64,000 nucleotides of DNA from positions 3,826 to 67,825 of the forward strand of contig PEUF01000041.1 in the NCBI GenBank assembly GCA_002780795.1, given 5' to 3'. Made by a program: the position numbers and the translations under genes. Positions 36,037 to 45,898 of this stretch are shown one piece after another. Source of the stretch: Candidatus Roizmanbacteria bacterium CG02_land_8_20_14_3_00_36_15 (lineage in GTDB: Bacteria; Patescibacteriota; Microgenomatia; UBA1406; GWC2-37-13). How positions within the stretch are numbered: the first letter of the stretch is position 1; each line of letters opens with the position of its first letter. A model generated the notes under the pieces. The model saw only the letters and a program-made list of their open reading frames with translations. It did not search any database and was not told the origin of the DNA.

Positions 36037-36837
36037 ATGAATACAATGGAAATTCTGGAACAGGAGGCAATTGACGCCGCTATGAATTTTCAATGGTCAG
36101 AGGCGATAAAAATAAACAAAAAAATTCTCAAAAACAATAAGAAAAATCTTCCCGCTCTTTTAAGAATGGCTTTTGCTTATTTTCAAATAGAGGATTTCGG
36201 ACGGGCCAAAAAATATTACCAACAGGTGGTTAAACTTCACCCGATGAGCTCAGTTGCTAAAGAGAACCTCGAAAGGATTCAGATTCTTCAAAAACAAAAA
36301 ATAAAAAAAAATAAGAAAACCAGAATTATTCTTGATCCTGATTTATTTCTTGAGACGGCCGGCAGAACTAAAAGCGTCAAACTTGTTAATCTTGGTCAAA
36401 AAACCAATTTAGCTCGCTTGATGATTGGAGAAGAAGTATTTCTTAAGACAAAAAAACGAAAGGTTGAAATTAGAACTAGAACAAATGATTACATTGGTAG
36501 TCTTCCTGACGATCTTTCTAAAAGACTAAGGCTTTTTTTAAAGGCGAAAAGTCAGTACCGTGCTTATATAAAAGAAACTAACTTAAATAACTTAATTATT
36601 TTTATTCAGGAGGAAAAAAAAGGCAAAAGGGTTACCAATTATGCTTCTTTTCCCTTAAACCTATCGAAAAATATTACCCAAATTGGCGAAGAAATCGATA
36701 AGGACCCGTCCGTTGATGGAGAAGAGAGTTTTGATGATCCATCGGAACTTGATTTAGAGAAAATTGCTGACTCTATCGCTGCAGAAGATAAAGAAAGTTT
36801 ACCTTATGAGACCGATGAAGAAAATGAGGAAGATTAA
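36037..36837 (+). CDS. TPR-repeat protein with an acidic C-terminal tail
   Basis: N-terminal TPR-like helices (AFAYFQIEDFGRAKKYYQQVVKLHP) and a C-terminal D/E-rich tail. Confidence 0.4.
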   Translation: MNTMEILEQEAIDAAMNFQWSEAIKINKKILKNNKKNLPALLRMAFAYFQIEDFGRAKKYYQQVVKLHPMSSVAKENLERIQILQKQKIKKNKKTRIILDPDLFLETAGRTKSVKLVNLGQKTNLARLMIGEEVFLKTKKRKVEIRTRTNDYIGSLPDDLSKRLRLFLKAKSQYRAYIKETNLNNLIIFIQEEKKGKRVTNYASFPLNLSKNITQIGEEIDKDPSVDGEESFDDPSELDLEKIADSIAAEDKESLPYETDEENEED

Positions 36838-36999
36838 TTAATGATAATGTTTGGTCCTATTTTTGAAAAAAACGATTGAGCCCTTAATTTTATTTAAATC
36901 CAACATCTTCTTAAAATCTTTCGGCGGTTCAAAATCAACCATCGATCGAATAGCTAAAATAATAGATAAAACAGCAATCGTCAGAATGACAAAAACCAT
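36838..36999 (-). CDS. Possible 53-aa single-pass membrane protein (below the ORF-track cutoff)
   Basis: Minus strand TAAAAAAATG: the ATG lies 4 nt after the upstream gene's stop. Reads MVFVILTIAVLSIILAIRSMVDFEPPKDFKKMLDLNKIKGSIVFFKNRTKHYH*. Confidence 0.3.
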   Translation of the reverse strand: MVFVILTIAVLSIILAIRSMVDFEPPKDFKKMLDLNKIKGSIVFFKNRTKHYH

Positions 37000-37003
37000 T
37001 TTT

Positions 37004-37891
37004 TTATTCCACCCTCCAGTCTTCTTCTTTTTTTCCTAGCTTAAAAATTATATCATAGGCACCGGTCTTGCCTTTGGTTATGGGACAATCAAAGAAACGA
37101 TTTAAGGCTCGGGCCGTTTGTGATAAATCAACCTCACTAATAATTATTTGACACTTATTAATAGTAGTAGCAGGCTGGTAACTGAGATCAACCACTCTTA
37201 TTCCCTCCCCTTCAATAATGTTTGCCAATAAAGAAGCGTTGTTCTCCTTTTTTGTATAAATGATTTGAACTGTATCTTCTTCATTTCTATAGGTCTTCTT
37301 ATAAAAAAAACCTATCAGTCGGTCAAAAAATAGCTTTTCATCTAAAATCTCTTCATTAGTATTTTCTTTAAGCGCTAAATTAGTTAATTGAATAAACTGA
37401 TTTTTTTGTTGCATTAAAAATAAGAAAAAAATATAGGTTTTATCAAAAAGGTTAGCATTACTCTTTGAGATCCAAATTTGCTTAACTGTTGGTAAAAAAA
37501 TCTGACTGGGTGTCTTTTTGCCAAAAAAAATTTCATTATTCGGTGGATAAAAATAAAAGTCTAAAAAGCTTGAGGTAATAGCAGAAAAACTTTTCTGATA
37601 AAGAAGAGGTTTTTTCTCCAACTCGACTAACTTGCCTAAAGCACCCAACCGATAATAACCAAATCCTCCAGGAATTAAAACTTTGATATCAGCCGGAAAG
37701 GGAATAAAATAATTAACACCATCGGCAAAGCCGAATGAATAAAAGGCGGTTTTTTGGTTATAAAAAAGAATGTTTAAACGATCTTTTTTTTTGACAAAGA
37801 GCGAATCACGCAGGTTAATAAAAAAAAAGTAAATCAGAATGATAAAAAAAATGATATAAAGGACGTTTTTCTTTTTGATATTCTTTTTCAT
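37004..37891 (-). CDS. Membrane-anchored protein, weakly LytR-CpsA-Psr (LCP)-like
   Basis: N-terminal TM helix. LNILFYN...IPFPADIKVLIPGGFGYYRLGALG loosely follows the LCP pattern. 4-nt overlap with the antiporter gene. Confidence 0.3.
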   Translation of the reverse strand: MKKNIKKKNVLYIIFFIILIYFFFINLRDSLFVKKKDRLNILFYNQKTAFYSFGFADGVNYFIPFPADIKVLIPGGFGYYRLGALGKLVELEKKPLLYQKSFSAITSSFLDFYFYPPNNEIFFGKKTPSQIFLPTVKQIWISKSNANLFDKTYIFFLFLMQQKNQFIQLTNLALKENTNEEILDEKLFFDRLIGFFYKKTYRNEEDTVQIIYTKKENNASLLANIIEGEGIRVVDLSYQPATTINKCQIIISEVDLSQTARALNRFFDCPITKGKTGAYDIIFKLGKKEEDWRVE

Positions 37892-39615
37892 ATCATTCCG
37901 TGTTCTATTTTTAATCTTTTAATTTTTCTTGAAATTTCTTCTTTATCTAATCCTTTCCAAAGAAGAATTTTTCTAATAATTGATAATGAAGCTTCAAACT
38001 CCGGATGAATAACTACGTCAACTCCTAAATCTTTCATCCTTCTTTGCTCCCCTTCTTGTTGGACTCGGTTGAAAATGATAATTTTCGGATTAAGTCTTTT
38101 GGCATTCAAAATAATTGCCTCTTGGGAAAACTTTCCAGGAACGACAGAAATTAATGCTCTCGCTTCATCAACTTGGACATAATCTAATATATCAATATCA
38201 GTCGGGTCACCATAAATAATATTCACGCCCTCCTTTCTTGCTTGCTCTACGATGTGAAAGTCGTAGTCAACGGCAATAAAAGGGATATTAGCTAGCATTA
38301 GCGCCCGCCCAACATATCTTCCTACTCGACCATAACCGCAGATAACAATGTGATCCTTTAAGTCAAGAATGTCAACGGGAGAACTGTCTTGGTCTAATCG
38401 ATATTTAATATAGTTTTCCAAGAAAGGAAGATATTTTTTGGTAAATTTTCTGATCAGTAGATAAATTCCATCCTTGTTTTTGATTAGAATCGGCGTCAAG
38501 ATCAGAGTAATGACAGTGTTGCCAATGATAAACGAGTAGTCTCTGGAAGAAATCACTTTATTTAAATAAGCCTGAGACATTAAGATAAAAGCGTCCTCGT
38601 CGATTTGAAATAGATAGGTCGATAAAGAAAAAGCCGTCCGCGAATGGAATTTCAAGAACAAAAAAATAATCAAAACAATCAACCCCTTAAGCAAACTAAT
38701 CAAAGTACTAAAAACAAAAAGCGAAGGAATGATATTAACAATAGGCGCCAGTTTTAAATTCAACCCAATAAAAACGAAAAAAAGGACGGCTAAAATGTCA
38801 CGTGTCGATCTTATTTGTGAAAAAACATGATGATGTTCGACGGTCTGCCCTACAAGTATTCCGGCGATAAAAACCCCAATAAGAATCGGTATTTGAAAAA
38901 TAGTCGAAAGGTAGGTAACAAAAAAAATAAAAAGGATAATAAAAAAGTTTAAAAGTTCTCGTGAGATCCTGGCCACATAATTAAATAAGGGAGGAATTAT
39001 CTTTCGCCCAATATAGATAAGGCCGGTCACAATCAAAGCTGACTTTAATAAGCTTAATAAGATTGTTGGGCCGATCTGGAAAAATGATTCTGCCTTACCC
39101 GTAACCGAAGCAAAGATAATCAGAAAAGGAATAAAGGCGATGTCCTGAAACATGAGAATTCCCAGCGTCAATTCACCTAAGAATGACCCCTCCTCGCCTT
39201 TATCCTGAATAATTTTAGCAACCAAAGTAGTTGAAGATGAAGAAAAAGCGATACCGATTAAGAAAGAAACTAGTAAAGAAAAACGAAATAATAGGCTTAG
39301 AATAGTAATACAAAAAATCGATAAGATAATTTGTAGTGTTCCACCAATAATAATAAATTTCTTTAAACTTAACAGTCGAGAGAAATTTATCTCCAAACCA
39401 ACGGCAAAAAGCAATAAAATAATACCAAAATAAGCAAAATTATTAATAATTTCTTTGGAGTAAATTCCTTGGAGAAAATTACCTAGAAAAAGGCCACTGA
39501 CGATATAGCCGACAACGGGAGAAACTTTTATTTTTCTAGCCAAAAGGGCAAAAAAGAAGGTCGAAGACAAAAAGATCAGAAAATTTAAAAATATCTGTGA
39601 AGGAACCTCGGTCAT
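37888..39615 (-). CDS. CPA2 family monovalent cation:proton antiporter with a C-terminal RCK/TrkA-N domain (Kef-type)
   Basis: About 12 TM helices followed by the Rossmann motif IVICGYGRVGRYVGRAL. Confidence 0.8.
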   Translation of the reverse strand: MTEVPSQIFLNFLIFLSSTFFFALLARKIKVSPVVGYIVSGLFLGNFLQGIYSKEIINNFAYFGIILLLFAVGLEINFSRLLSLKKFIIIGGTLQIILSIFCITILSLLFRFSLLVSFLIGIAFSSSSTTLVAKIIQDKGEEGSFLGELTLGILMFQDIAFIPFLIIFASVTGKAESFFQIGPTILLSLLKSALIVTGLIYIGRKIIPPLFNYVARISRELLNFFIILFIFFVTYLSTIFQIPILIGVFIAGILVGQTVEHHHVFSQIRSTRDILAVLFFVFIGLNLKLAPIVNIIPSLFVFSTLISLLKGLIVLIIFLFLKFHSRTAFSLSTYLFQIDEDAFILMSQAYLNKVISSRDYSFIIGNTVITLILTPILIKNKDGIYLLIRKFTKKYLPFLENYIKYRLDQDSSPVDILDLKDHIVICGYGRVGRYVGRALMLANIPFIAVDYDFHIVEQARKEGVNIIYGDPTDIDILDYVQVDEARALISVVPGKFSQEAIILNAKRLNPKIIIFNRVQQEGEQRRMKDLGVDVVIHPEFEASLSIIRKILLWKGLDKEEISRKIKRLKIEHGMI

Positions 39616-39647
39616 AAAATAAATATAGCAGAAAAAAGTTTTTTATC

Positions 39648-40010
39648 CTACACTCTTAGTTTCTTTTCGCAGATGACACAAAATCTCGCTTCTGGTATCA
39701 ATTTTAATCGCGCTTTGGCAATTTGTTGCCCGCATCTTTCACAACAACCATAACTTTTATTTATTCGCGTCAGTACTAACTTTATGTCTTTGATTCTCCG
39801 CTGCAAATCTTTTACTTGTGCTTCAATTGTCTCGTGACCGACCTGTTCTCTAACGTCAGTATCAACCGCTGCATTATCAGAAACATGATCGGGGTCAGCA
39901 AAAGGATCGTCTTTCTTTAGCGTCTCAACTTGAAGCAGAATTCTTTTTAGCTCTGTTTGCAGTTTTCCTTTTTGTAAGGTGATAAATTCTTTGAGTAATT
40001 TTTTTGACAT
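39648..40010 (-). CDS. DksA/TraR family C4-type zinc-finger protein
   Basis: A coiled-coil N-terminus plus CERCGQQI...FCVICE. Confidence 0.7.
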   Translation of the reverse strand: MSKKLLKEFITLQKGKLQTELKRILLQVETLKKDDPFADPDHVSDNAAVDTDVREQVGHETIEAQVKDLQRRIKDIKLVLTRINKSYGCCERCGQQIAKARLKLIPEARFCVICEKKLRV

Positions 40011-40836
40011 GTTGATAAAAAAAATTAATAATCATGCTAAACCTTTCCCAAATAGCGGTTCTAAAATAGTATAGGAAATAACCGGTGATTGTCAAGAACA
40101 AAATCGCCGAGACAATTTCATTAAAACTTTTATTACCTAAGTATAGATGATTAAATTTAAATTTGTCTAATAATAGGTAAACCAGAGCAAAGTACCCGAA
40201 TATGAAATAAAAATTAAGTCCAGTCGTCAATTTTTCTTTTCTTATCTCAAACACCAGCCGATAAGCCAAGTAGGCACCTAATAAGAATAAAATCGCTTCA
40301 TAAAAAGGCGTCAAATGACGGAACCCATCAAAACCGATATATTTGACAGCCAGTAAAAACTTTGTCTTTGTTCCTACCTCTGCACCAGAGAAAAAACTAC
40401 CGAGCTTGCCCAGAGCCAAGGCAATAAATAGTGGAGGAACGAAATAATCAATCGCCTCGGAAAATTTAATTTTTTTTACCAGAAAATAAATGAAGATCGT
40501 TAAAAAACCACCAAAAAAACCTCCATAAAGAGATAGTCCCGGATAACCGTTAATAAGAATAAATTTTAAAAAATTAAAACCAAACTCTTTGAAATTAAGG
40601 ATAACATAAACTAATCGTCCCCAGAAAAGACCTCCAGCCAAACTCCAAAACAGTCCGTCAAAAATTTCCTCTTCTTTATAAGACGTAAGTCTAATTAAAC
40701 GCCAAAGTAGAAAACTCCCCCAGAAAAAAGCCAACATTAAAAAAACGCCGAAGGTATAAATTTTAACGAATTTAAAATCTAAAAGTATTGGTAACATAAA
40801 ATTAGTCTGTAAAGTTGTAAAGTTCTTAAAGTTCAT
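39925..40836 (-). CDS. lgt: Prolipoprotein diacylglyceryl transferase
   Basis: Lgt-like pattern: GGLFWGRLVYV, YGGFFGGFL, LGKLGSFFSGAEVGTKT. The tail overlaps the next gene by 86 nt. Confidence 0.65.
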   Translation of the reverse strand: MNFKNFTTLQTNFMLPILLDFKFVKIYTFGVFLMLAFFWGSFLLWRLIRLTSYKEEEIFDGLFWSLAGGLFWGRLVYVILNFKEFGFNFLKFILINGYPGLSLYGGFFGGFLTIFIYFLVKKIKFSEAIDYFVPPLFIALALGKLGSFFSGAEVGTKTKFLLAVKYIGFDGFRHLTPFYEAILFLLGAYLAYRLVFEIRKEKLTTGLNFYFIFGYFALVYLLLDKFKFNHLYLGNKSFNEIVSAILFLTITGYFLYYFRTAIWERFSMIINFFYQHVKKITQRIYHLTKRKTANRAKKNSASS

Positions 40837-40890
40837 AAAGAAAAATTGTTGTCTACTTTATAGGCTTTTGAGTTTATGGACTTTATGAAC
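40809..40890. repeat. Intergenic inverted arms of GTAAAGTT/ACTTTAT repeats (upstream of lgt)
   Basis: gtaaagttgtaaagttcttaaagttcataaag ... ctttataggcttttgagtttatggactttatgaac. Confidence 0.7.
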
Positions 40891-41002
40891 TATTTTAAAG
40901 TATAATTTATCCTAATTTTATACCCCTATTCTTTCAAATTGCAAGGGTTTATACCTAACGGAGTCCCGAGATTTTCGGGACGGAGTGGTATAAAAGCAAC
41001 TT

Positions 41003-41572
41003 ATGGCTCAAAAAACTTTAAAAGTCGGATTTGATCTCGATGGGGTCATTCTTTATAACCCATTCCGCATTGTCAGACCATTTATTGCTATCTTTAAAAA
41101 AATTGTTTTAGGTTTCGATCATCGCCCCCTGAAGTTCTATTACCCGAAAACTAGATTAGAAAGGTATTTTTGGCGTGTGGCTCACAAATCCAGTTTCTTT
41201 ATTGGTTATGGTTTCTGGGAAATACTTACTCTCATTAAAAAAAGAAGGATCAAAGCTTATATCATCACCGCTCGATTTAGTTTTTTAGAGAATGATCTCA
41301 ATCGAAAAATAAAACAGCTTGGTATAAAGAAATATTTTTCTGCCATCTACTTTAATAGAAAAGACGAACAACCCCATCTATTTAAAGAAAAAATGATAAA
41401 GAAATTAGGTCTTGATGTTTATGTCGAAGACAATTGGGATATAGTAAGATATCTAAACTTAAAAGTCAAAAGTCAAAAGTCAAAAGTTTATTGGATATAT
41501 AATATCCTTGATAGAAAGATTAAATACCAATATAAATTTTCATCTTTAAAAAAAGTGGCAAAAAAATTATGA
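41003..41572 (+). CDS. HAD-like hydrolase
   Basis: Motif I VGFDLDGVI and a late VEDNWD motif. Heptamer array in frame (KVKSQKSKV). Confidence 0.5.
   Translation: MAQKTLKVGFDLDGVILYNPFRIVRPFIAIFKKIVLGFDHRPLKFYYPKTRLERYFWRVAHKSSFFIGYGFWEILTLIKKRRIKAYIITARFSFLENDLNRKIKQLGIKKYFSAIYFNRKDEQPHLFKEKMIKKLGLDVYVEDNWDIVRYLNLKVKSQKSKVYWIYNILDRKIKYQYKFSSLKKVAKKL
41461..41488. repeat. Heptamer array AAAAGTC x4 inside the HAD-like ORF
   Basis: aaaagtc|aaaagtc|aaaagtc|aaaagtt. Confidence 0.9.
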
Positions 41573-42552
41573 ATATTTTAATTACTGGTGGTGTTGGCTT
41601 TATTGGGACTAATGCGGCAATATATTTTTCTAAAAATAAAAAAAACAAAATTACTCTTATTGACAATTTTTCAAGAGTAGGAGTAGATAAAAATGCTCAG
41701 TTTTTAAAAGAAGATTTTCCTAAGATTAAAATTATCAATTCTTATGTTGGTGCAATAAAAAATTATGAAGAAGAAATAAAAACTGCTAATGCCATTATCC
41801 ATCTTGCTGGCCAAACCGCTGTCACAATGTCAATTAAAAAACCTCACTATGATTTTAAAAATAATCTTTTAGAAAGCTTTATTTTATTAGACTTTATAAG
41901 AAGAAAAAATCCAAAAGCAACAATCCTCTATTCTTCGACAAATAAAGTCTATGGTGACTTAAAACGTCGTCTTTATTCTCGTCATCAGAAGCCCATCGAC
42001 GAAGATGAAAAACTCGATTTTATCTCGCCCTACGGATGTTCCAAAGGGGCCGCTGATTTATATTTCTTGGACTACGGAAGAATTTATGGATTAAAAACTG
42101 TTGTATTTCGTCAATCTTGTATTTACGGTCCCCATCAAATTGGAGTTGAAGATCAAGGTTGGGTCGCCCATTTTGCTAAACAGTTTTTATTGAAAAAACC
42201 AATTACAATTTTTGGCGACGGGCATCAAGTAAGAGATCTTTTATATGTTAAAGATTTAATTAAAGCCTATCAGTTAGCCATTAAGAATATCGATAAAGTC
42301 AAAGGTCAACCATTTAATATTGGCGGAGGAATAAATAATACCTATTCTCTACTCCAAGTTATAAACATCCTTGACAAATATTTTAAATATAAAATGAAGC
42401 TATCTTATCAACCAATAAGAGTCGGTGACCAAAAATACTTTGTTTCTGCCAATAAAAAAATTAAAAAACTTCTTGGTTGGCAACCAACTACGGATTTTAA
42501 TAAGGGAATAAAAAGATTAATTTATTGGCAGAAAAACAATATAGCCGTATAA
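41569..42552 (+). CDS. NAD-dependent sugar epimerase/dehydratase (SDR family)
   Basis: ILITGGVGFIGTN and catalytic YGCSKGAAD (YxxxK). Confidence 0.8.
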   Translation: MNILITGGVGFIGTNAAIYFSKNKKNKITLIDNFSRVGVDKNAQFLKEDFPKIKIINSYVGAIKNYEEEIKTANAIIHLAGQTAVTMSIKKPHYDFKNNLLESFILLDFIRRKNPKATILYSSTNKVYGDLKRRLYSRHQKPIDEDEKLDFISPYGCSKGAADLYFLDYGRIYGLKTVVFRQSCIYGPHQIGVEDQGWVAHFAKQFLLKKPITIFGDGHQVRDLLYVKDLIKAYQLAIKNIDKVKGQPFNIGGGINNTYSLLQVINILDKYFKYKMKLSYQPIRVGDQKYFVSANKKIKKLLGWQPTTDFNKGIKRLIYWQKNNIAV

Positions 42553-42562
42553 CAATATAGCC

Positions 42563-43720
42563 ATGGAAATTTTATTTTTCTCCCCTTATTTTTACCCTTA
42601 TATTTCTGGTTTGACTACTTATCCGTACAAAATTTTAACTCATCTCTCTAAAAAACATAAAATAACTGTTCTTACCTTTCCCTATCAAAAAGAATTAACA
42701 ATTAACAATCAACAATTAACAATTAAATATCTTCCCTACTTTTTTCGTTTTTCCAAAGGTTTCATTTCCCCCCCATCAATATTTTATTTTTATTATTATG
42801 CAAAAAAATCCGATTTAATAATTTTAAACCAGCCGAATTTTGAGGGTCTTTTTTTAGCAATAATAGGAAAAATTCTTCATAAAAAAATTGTTTCAATTTT
42901 GCACTGTCAGGTATTCTTAGATAGTGGTTTTTTTAACCAAATCATAAACTCATTCCTAAACCTATCAGTCTTTATTCAACTTTGGCTCTCCAATAATATT
43001 ATTGCTTATACTGAAGACTACTTTAAAAGTTTAAAAATTAGCCGTTTCTTTCTTAAAAAAACCAGGTTTGTTTTACCACCGATTGAATTTTTAAAAATAA
43101 ATCAGAAAAAACTCAAAGAGTTCGATAGATTAAAAACTGATAAAATTTGGCTCGGCTATGCCGGGCGGATTGCCTCCGAAAAAGGATTGGAATATCTTGT
43201 ACAATCGATTAATCAACTATATGCCAAAAACAAGGTTGAGTTAGTTTTTGCTGGCCCTTATGGAAAAGACGTTTCTGGCGAAGATAAATATTATAAAAGA
43301 ATTATCAACCTTCTCGAAACCAATGTCGTCAAGCACCATTTCTTTGGAAATTTATCGGATGGCGATTTGAGCGCTTTTTATAAAGCTATTGATCTCTTAG
43401 TATTACCTTCAATCAATCAAACTGAAGCTTTTGGCATGGTTCAGGCTGAAGCGATGCTTACCGGCACTCCTGTCATCGCTTCTAATTTACCGGGAGTTAG
43501 AGTTCCAATCCGATTAACAAAAATGGGGGAAATAGTTAAGCCAAAAAATCCACAACAAATAAGCAAGGCAATTATAAAAATTTTAAAAAATAAAAACAAA
43601 TTCTCTAATAATTTTTTAATTAATAAGGCAAAAAAAATCTTTGATATTAATAAAACCTATCAATTTTATGATAATTTAGTGTGTCAGAGCCACCCGAATT
43701 TGACCGAAGCGGTCAAATAA
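42563..43720 (+). CDS. Family 4 (GT-B) glycosyltransferase
   Basis: The C-terminal EAFGMVQAEAMLTGTPVIASNLPG motif is typical of GT4. Confidence 0.8.
   Translation: MEILFFSPYFYPYISGLTTYPYKILTHLSKKHKITVLTFPYQKELTINNQQLTIKYLPYFFRFSKGFISPPSIFYFYYYAKKSDLIILNQPNFEGLFLAIIGKILHKKIVSILHCQVFLDSGFFNQIINSFLNLSVFIQLWLSNNIIAYTEDYFKSLKISRFFLKKTRFVLPPIEFLKINQKKLKEFDRLKTDKIWLGYAGRIASEKGLEYLVQSINQLYAKNKVELVFAGPYGKDVSGEDKYYKRIINLLETNVVKHHFFGNLSDGDLSAFYKAIDLLVLPSINQTEAFGMVQAEAMLTGTPVIASNLPGVRVPIRLTKMGEIVKPKNPQQISKAIIKILKNKNKFSNNFLINKAKKIFDINKTYQFYDNLVCQSHPNLTEAVK
42693..42727. repeat. Heptamer array AATTAAC x5 inside the GT4 ORF
   Basis: aattaac|aattaac|aatcaac|aattaac|aattaaa. Confidence 0.9.
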
Positions 43721-43742
43721 AGATTGGTATAACAATCTAAAT
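43684..43742 (+). repeat. Solo copy of the hairpin element that flanks the Y1 transposase gene
   Basis: GACCGAAGCGGTC + AA + 7 nt + TTGGTATAACAATCTAAA. Compare 59760-59800 and 60561-60595. Confidence 0.7.
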
Positions 43743-44516
43743 ATGGCTAAAAATGTTGATTTTCTTATAAAGAAATACTTGGAAAACCGACCGATGTTTT
43801 TGGCGCTGATTAGAACTTCGGAGACGCTATTATTTCTAAAACATTCAAATTTAATTAAGAAACCCGTCCTCGATTTCGGTTGCGGCGATGGTTTTTTTAC
43901 CGAAACTGTGTTCAATAAGAAGAATATTAACGTCGGCTTAGATATTCATGATAGCCGAATAAGAATCGCAGAAAAAGAAAAAATCTATAAACAAGTTGCC
44001 GTTTATGACGAGTTAAGAATTCCGTTTCCAGATAATTATTTTACAACCATAATCTCAAACTGCGTTCTTGAACATATTCCTAATTTAGACTTAGCACTGG
44101 CGGAAATTTATCGAGTTTTAAAGCCTGGCGGCTATTTCTTAACAACGCTTATGACAAATAAATGGAACGACTACTTATTTGGAAAAAAATTATTGGGCAA
44201 ATGGTATGTCGAATATATGAAGAAAAAACAAGCCCACTATAATCTATTTTCTTATCAGCAATGGTTTGACCTATTTGAACGATCTAAATTCAAAATTATA
44301 AAAAGTATTGGCTATTTAAATAAAAAAAATTCTCTGTTTATTGACTTAGCTCATTACCTCTCTCTCCCCTCTTTAATAACCTATAAGCTCTTCAATAACT
44401 GGCAACTGTTTCCAAAATTAACTAATTTATTATGGCAACCATATATAAGCAAAAATATTAACATTGACGTTAAAGTTAATGAATCCAGCGCTTTATTTTT
44501 TATTTTAAAAAAATGA
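43743..44516 (+). CDS. Class I SAM-dependent methyltransferase
   Basis: VLDFGCGDGFF motif I and downstream LKPGGYF. Confidence 0.75.
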   Translation: MAKNVDFLIKKYLENRPMFLALIRTSETLLFLKHSNLIKKPVLDFGCGDGFFTETVFNKKNINVGLDIHDSRIRIAEKEKIYKQVAVYDELRIPFPDNYFTTIISNCVLEHIPNLDLALAEIYRVLKPGGYFLTTLMTNKWNDYLFGKKLLGKWYVEYMKKKQAHYNLFSYQQWFDLFERSKFKIIKSIGYLNKKNSLFIDLAHYLSLPSLITYKLFNNWQLFPKLTNLLWQPYISKNINIDVKVNESSALFFILKK

Positions 44517-45220
44517 AAAAAATCAGCATTATTATTCCAGCATATAATGAAGAAAAATTTATCAAAGAAACGTTAAAAAGAGTCATAAAGGCAAACACTC
44601 TTGGCTTAACCAAAGAAATTATCATTATAAACGATGGTTCTACAGACAAAACTCTTCATGTCTTAAAGAAAATTAAAAAGGATAAACGAGTGAAAATTAT
44701 TTCTAATAATAAAAATCAAGGAAAAGGATCAGCGATTAAAAAAGGTTTGCTTCTTTCAAATGGAAATATCGTGATTATCCAGGACGCCGATCTAGAGTAC
44801 GATCCAAAAGATTATGTCTTGTTAATTGCTCCTTTTTTAGAAAAAAAAGCCGATGTAGTTTATGGGTCAAGATTTATCTCAGGTCAACCTCACCGAGTCT
44901 TATATTTTTGGCATTACGTTGTTAATATATTTCTAACTGGTCTATCAAATATATTGACAAATCTTAACTTAACTGATATGGAAACTGGATATAAGGCTTT
45001 TAAAGGTAATATTATAAGGTCAATCGCGCCAAATCTAGAAAGTAAACGTTTCGGTTTTGAATCAGAGATAACCGCTAAGATTGCTAAAATTAAAAATATA
45101 AGAATTTATGAAGTTGGTATTTCTTACCAGGGACGGACTTATGAAGAAGGAAAAAAAATTAACTGGATCGACGGTTTAAAAAACCTAATCGATATTATTC
45201 TATTTAATCTTTTTAGATAG
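44513..45220 (+). CDS. Family 2 glycosyltransferase (dolichyl/polyprenyl-phosphate sugar synthase-like)
   Basis: ISIIIPAYNEEKFI, INDGSTDKT and QDADLEYDP motifs. Confidence 0.85.
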   Translation: MKKISIIIPAYNEEKFIKETLKRVIKANTLGLTKEIIIINDGSTDKTLHVLKKIKKDKRVKIISNNKNQGKGSAIKKGLLLSNGNIVIIQDADLEYDPKDYVLLIAPFLEKKADVVYGSRFISGQPHRVLYFWHYVVNIFLTGLSNILTNLNLTDMETGYKAFKGNIIRSIAPNLESKRFGFESEITAKIAKIKNIRIYEVGISYQGRTYEEGKKINWIDGLKNLIDIILFNLFR

Positions 45221-45898
45221 TTATTTTTCGGCAACAACTATCATTCTGTAGGCAAATATTTTTATTAATGACAAATTGCCTAAAAAATAATTAATTTTTG
45301 CAAAAAAAGGATATTTGTTAAAAAATATTGTTGGGAATAAACCTAATCCAGAAATTTTAATATTACTAAACCCTGATTTTTTCAATCCTCTTTCTAAGGA
45401 AAAATATGAACATTGAACCAGTCCTTTTTCTTCTTTAAAGTTAAGAAATAAAAAAATAAACAACCACCAAAATAAATGCCAAGCATTAGGTTCAGAAAAA
45501 ATTATTTGACCATCAATGTTTAGATGTTTATAAAATATTGGTAACCAATCCTCCAAATTAATATGATGGAGAATGTCGCTACCAGTAATAAGATTAAATT
45601 TAATTTTTTCGGGTAGCTTGTTAACAGTCTTTAATTTATTAAATTTATTAATTATCTTTGCTGATTTTATTAATTCTTTTAAAGACTTATTATCAATATC
45701 AACGGCCAAAACTCGATAATTGTTTCTTAATAAAGCGATAGTCAGTCGACCCGTACCAGCGCCGAAATCAACTATTATCTTTGACTTATTTATTCTGTTA
45801 ATTCTTCTTAAGATTTCTCTTATTTCTTCCTTTGTATATTGAGGTGGGTTAAGAACTTTTTCTGAAGGATAATATTCGAGATTATGATTTTTTGGCAT
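45221..45898 (-). CDS. Class I SAM-dependent methyltransferase
   Basis: IVDFGAGTGRLT motif I. Confidence 0.7.
   Translation of the reverse strand: MPKNHNLEYYPSEKVLNPPQYTKEEIREILRRINRINKSKIIVDFGAGTGRLTIALLRNNYRVLAVDIDNKSLKELIKSAKIINKFNKLKTVNKLPEKIKFNLITGSDILHHINLEDWLPIFYKHLNIDGQIIFSEPNAWHLFWWLFIFLFLNFKEEKGLVQCSYFSLERGLKKSGFSNIKISGLGLFPTIFFNKYPFFAKINYFLGNLSLIKIFAYRMIVVAEK

Noticed and set aside
39925-40010. 86-nt overlap between lgt and the DksA-like gene as possible programmed frameshifting
   Set aside because: Both frames have their own plausible start and stop, and no slippery heptamer or pseudoknot was seen. It is more likely a non-conserved Lgt tail or a later true stop-start arrangement.
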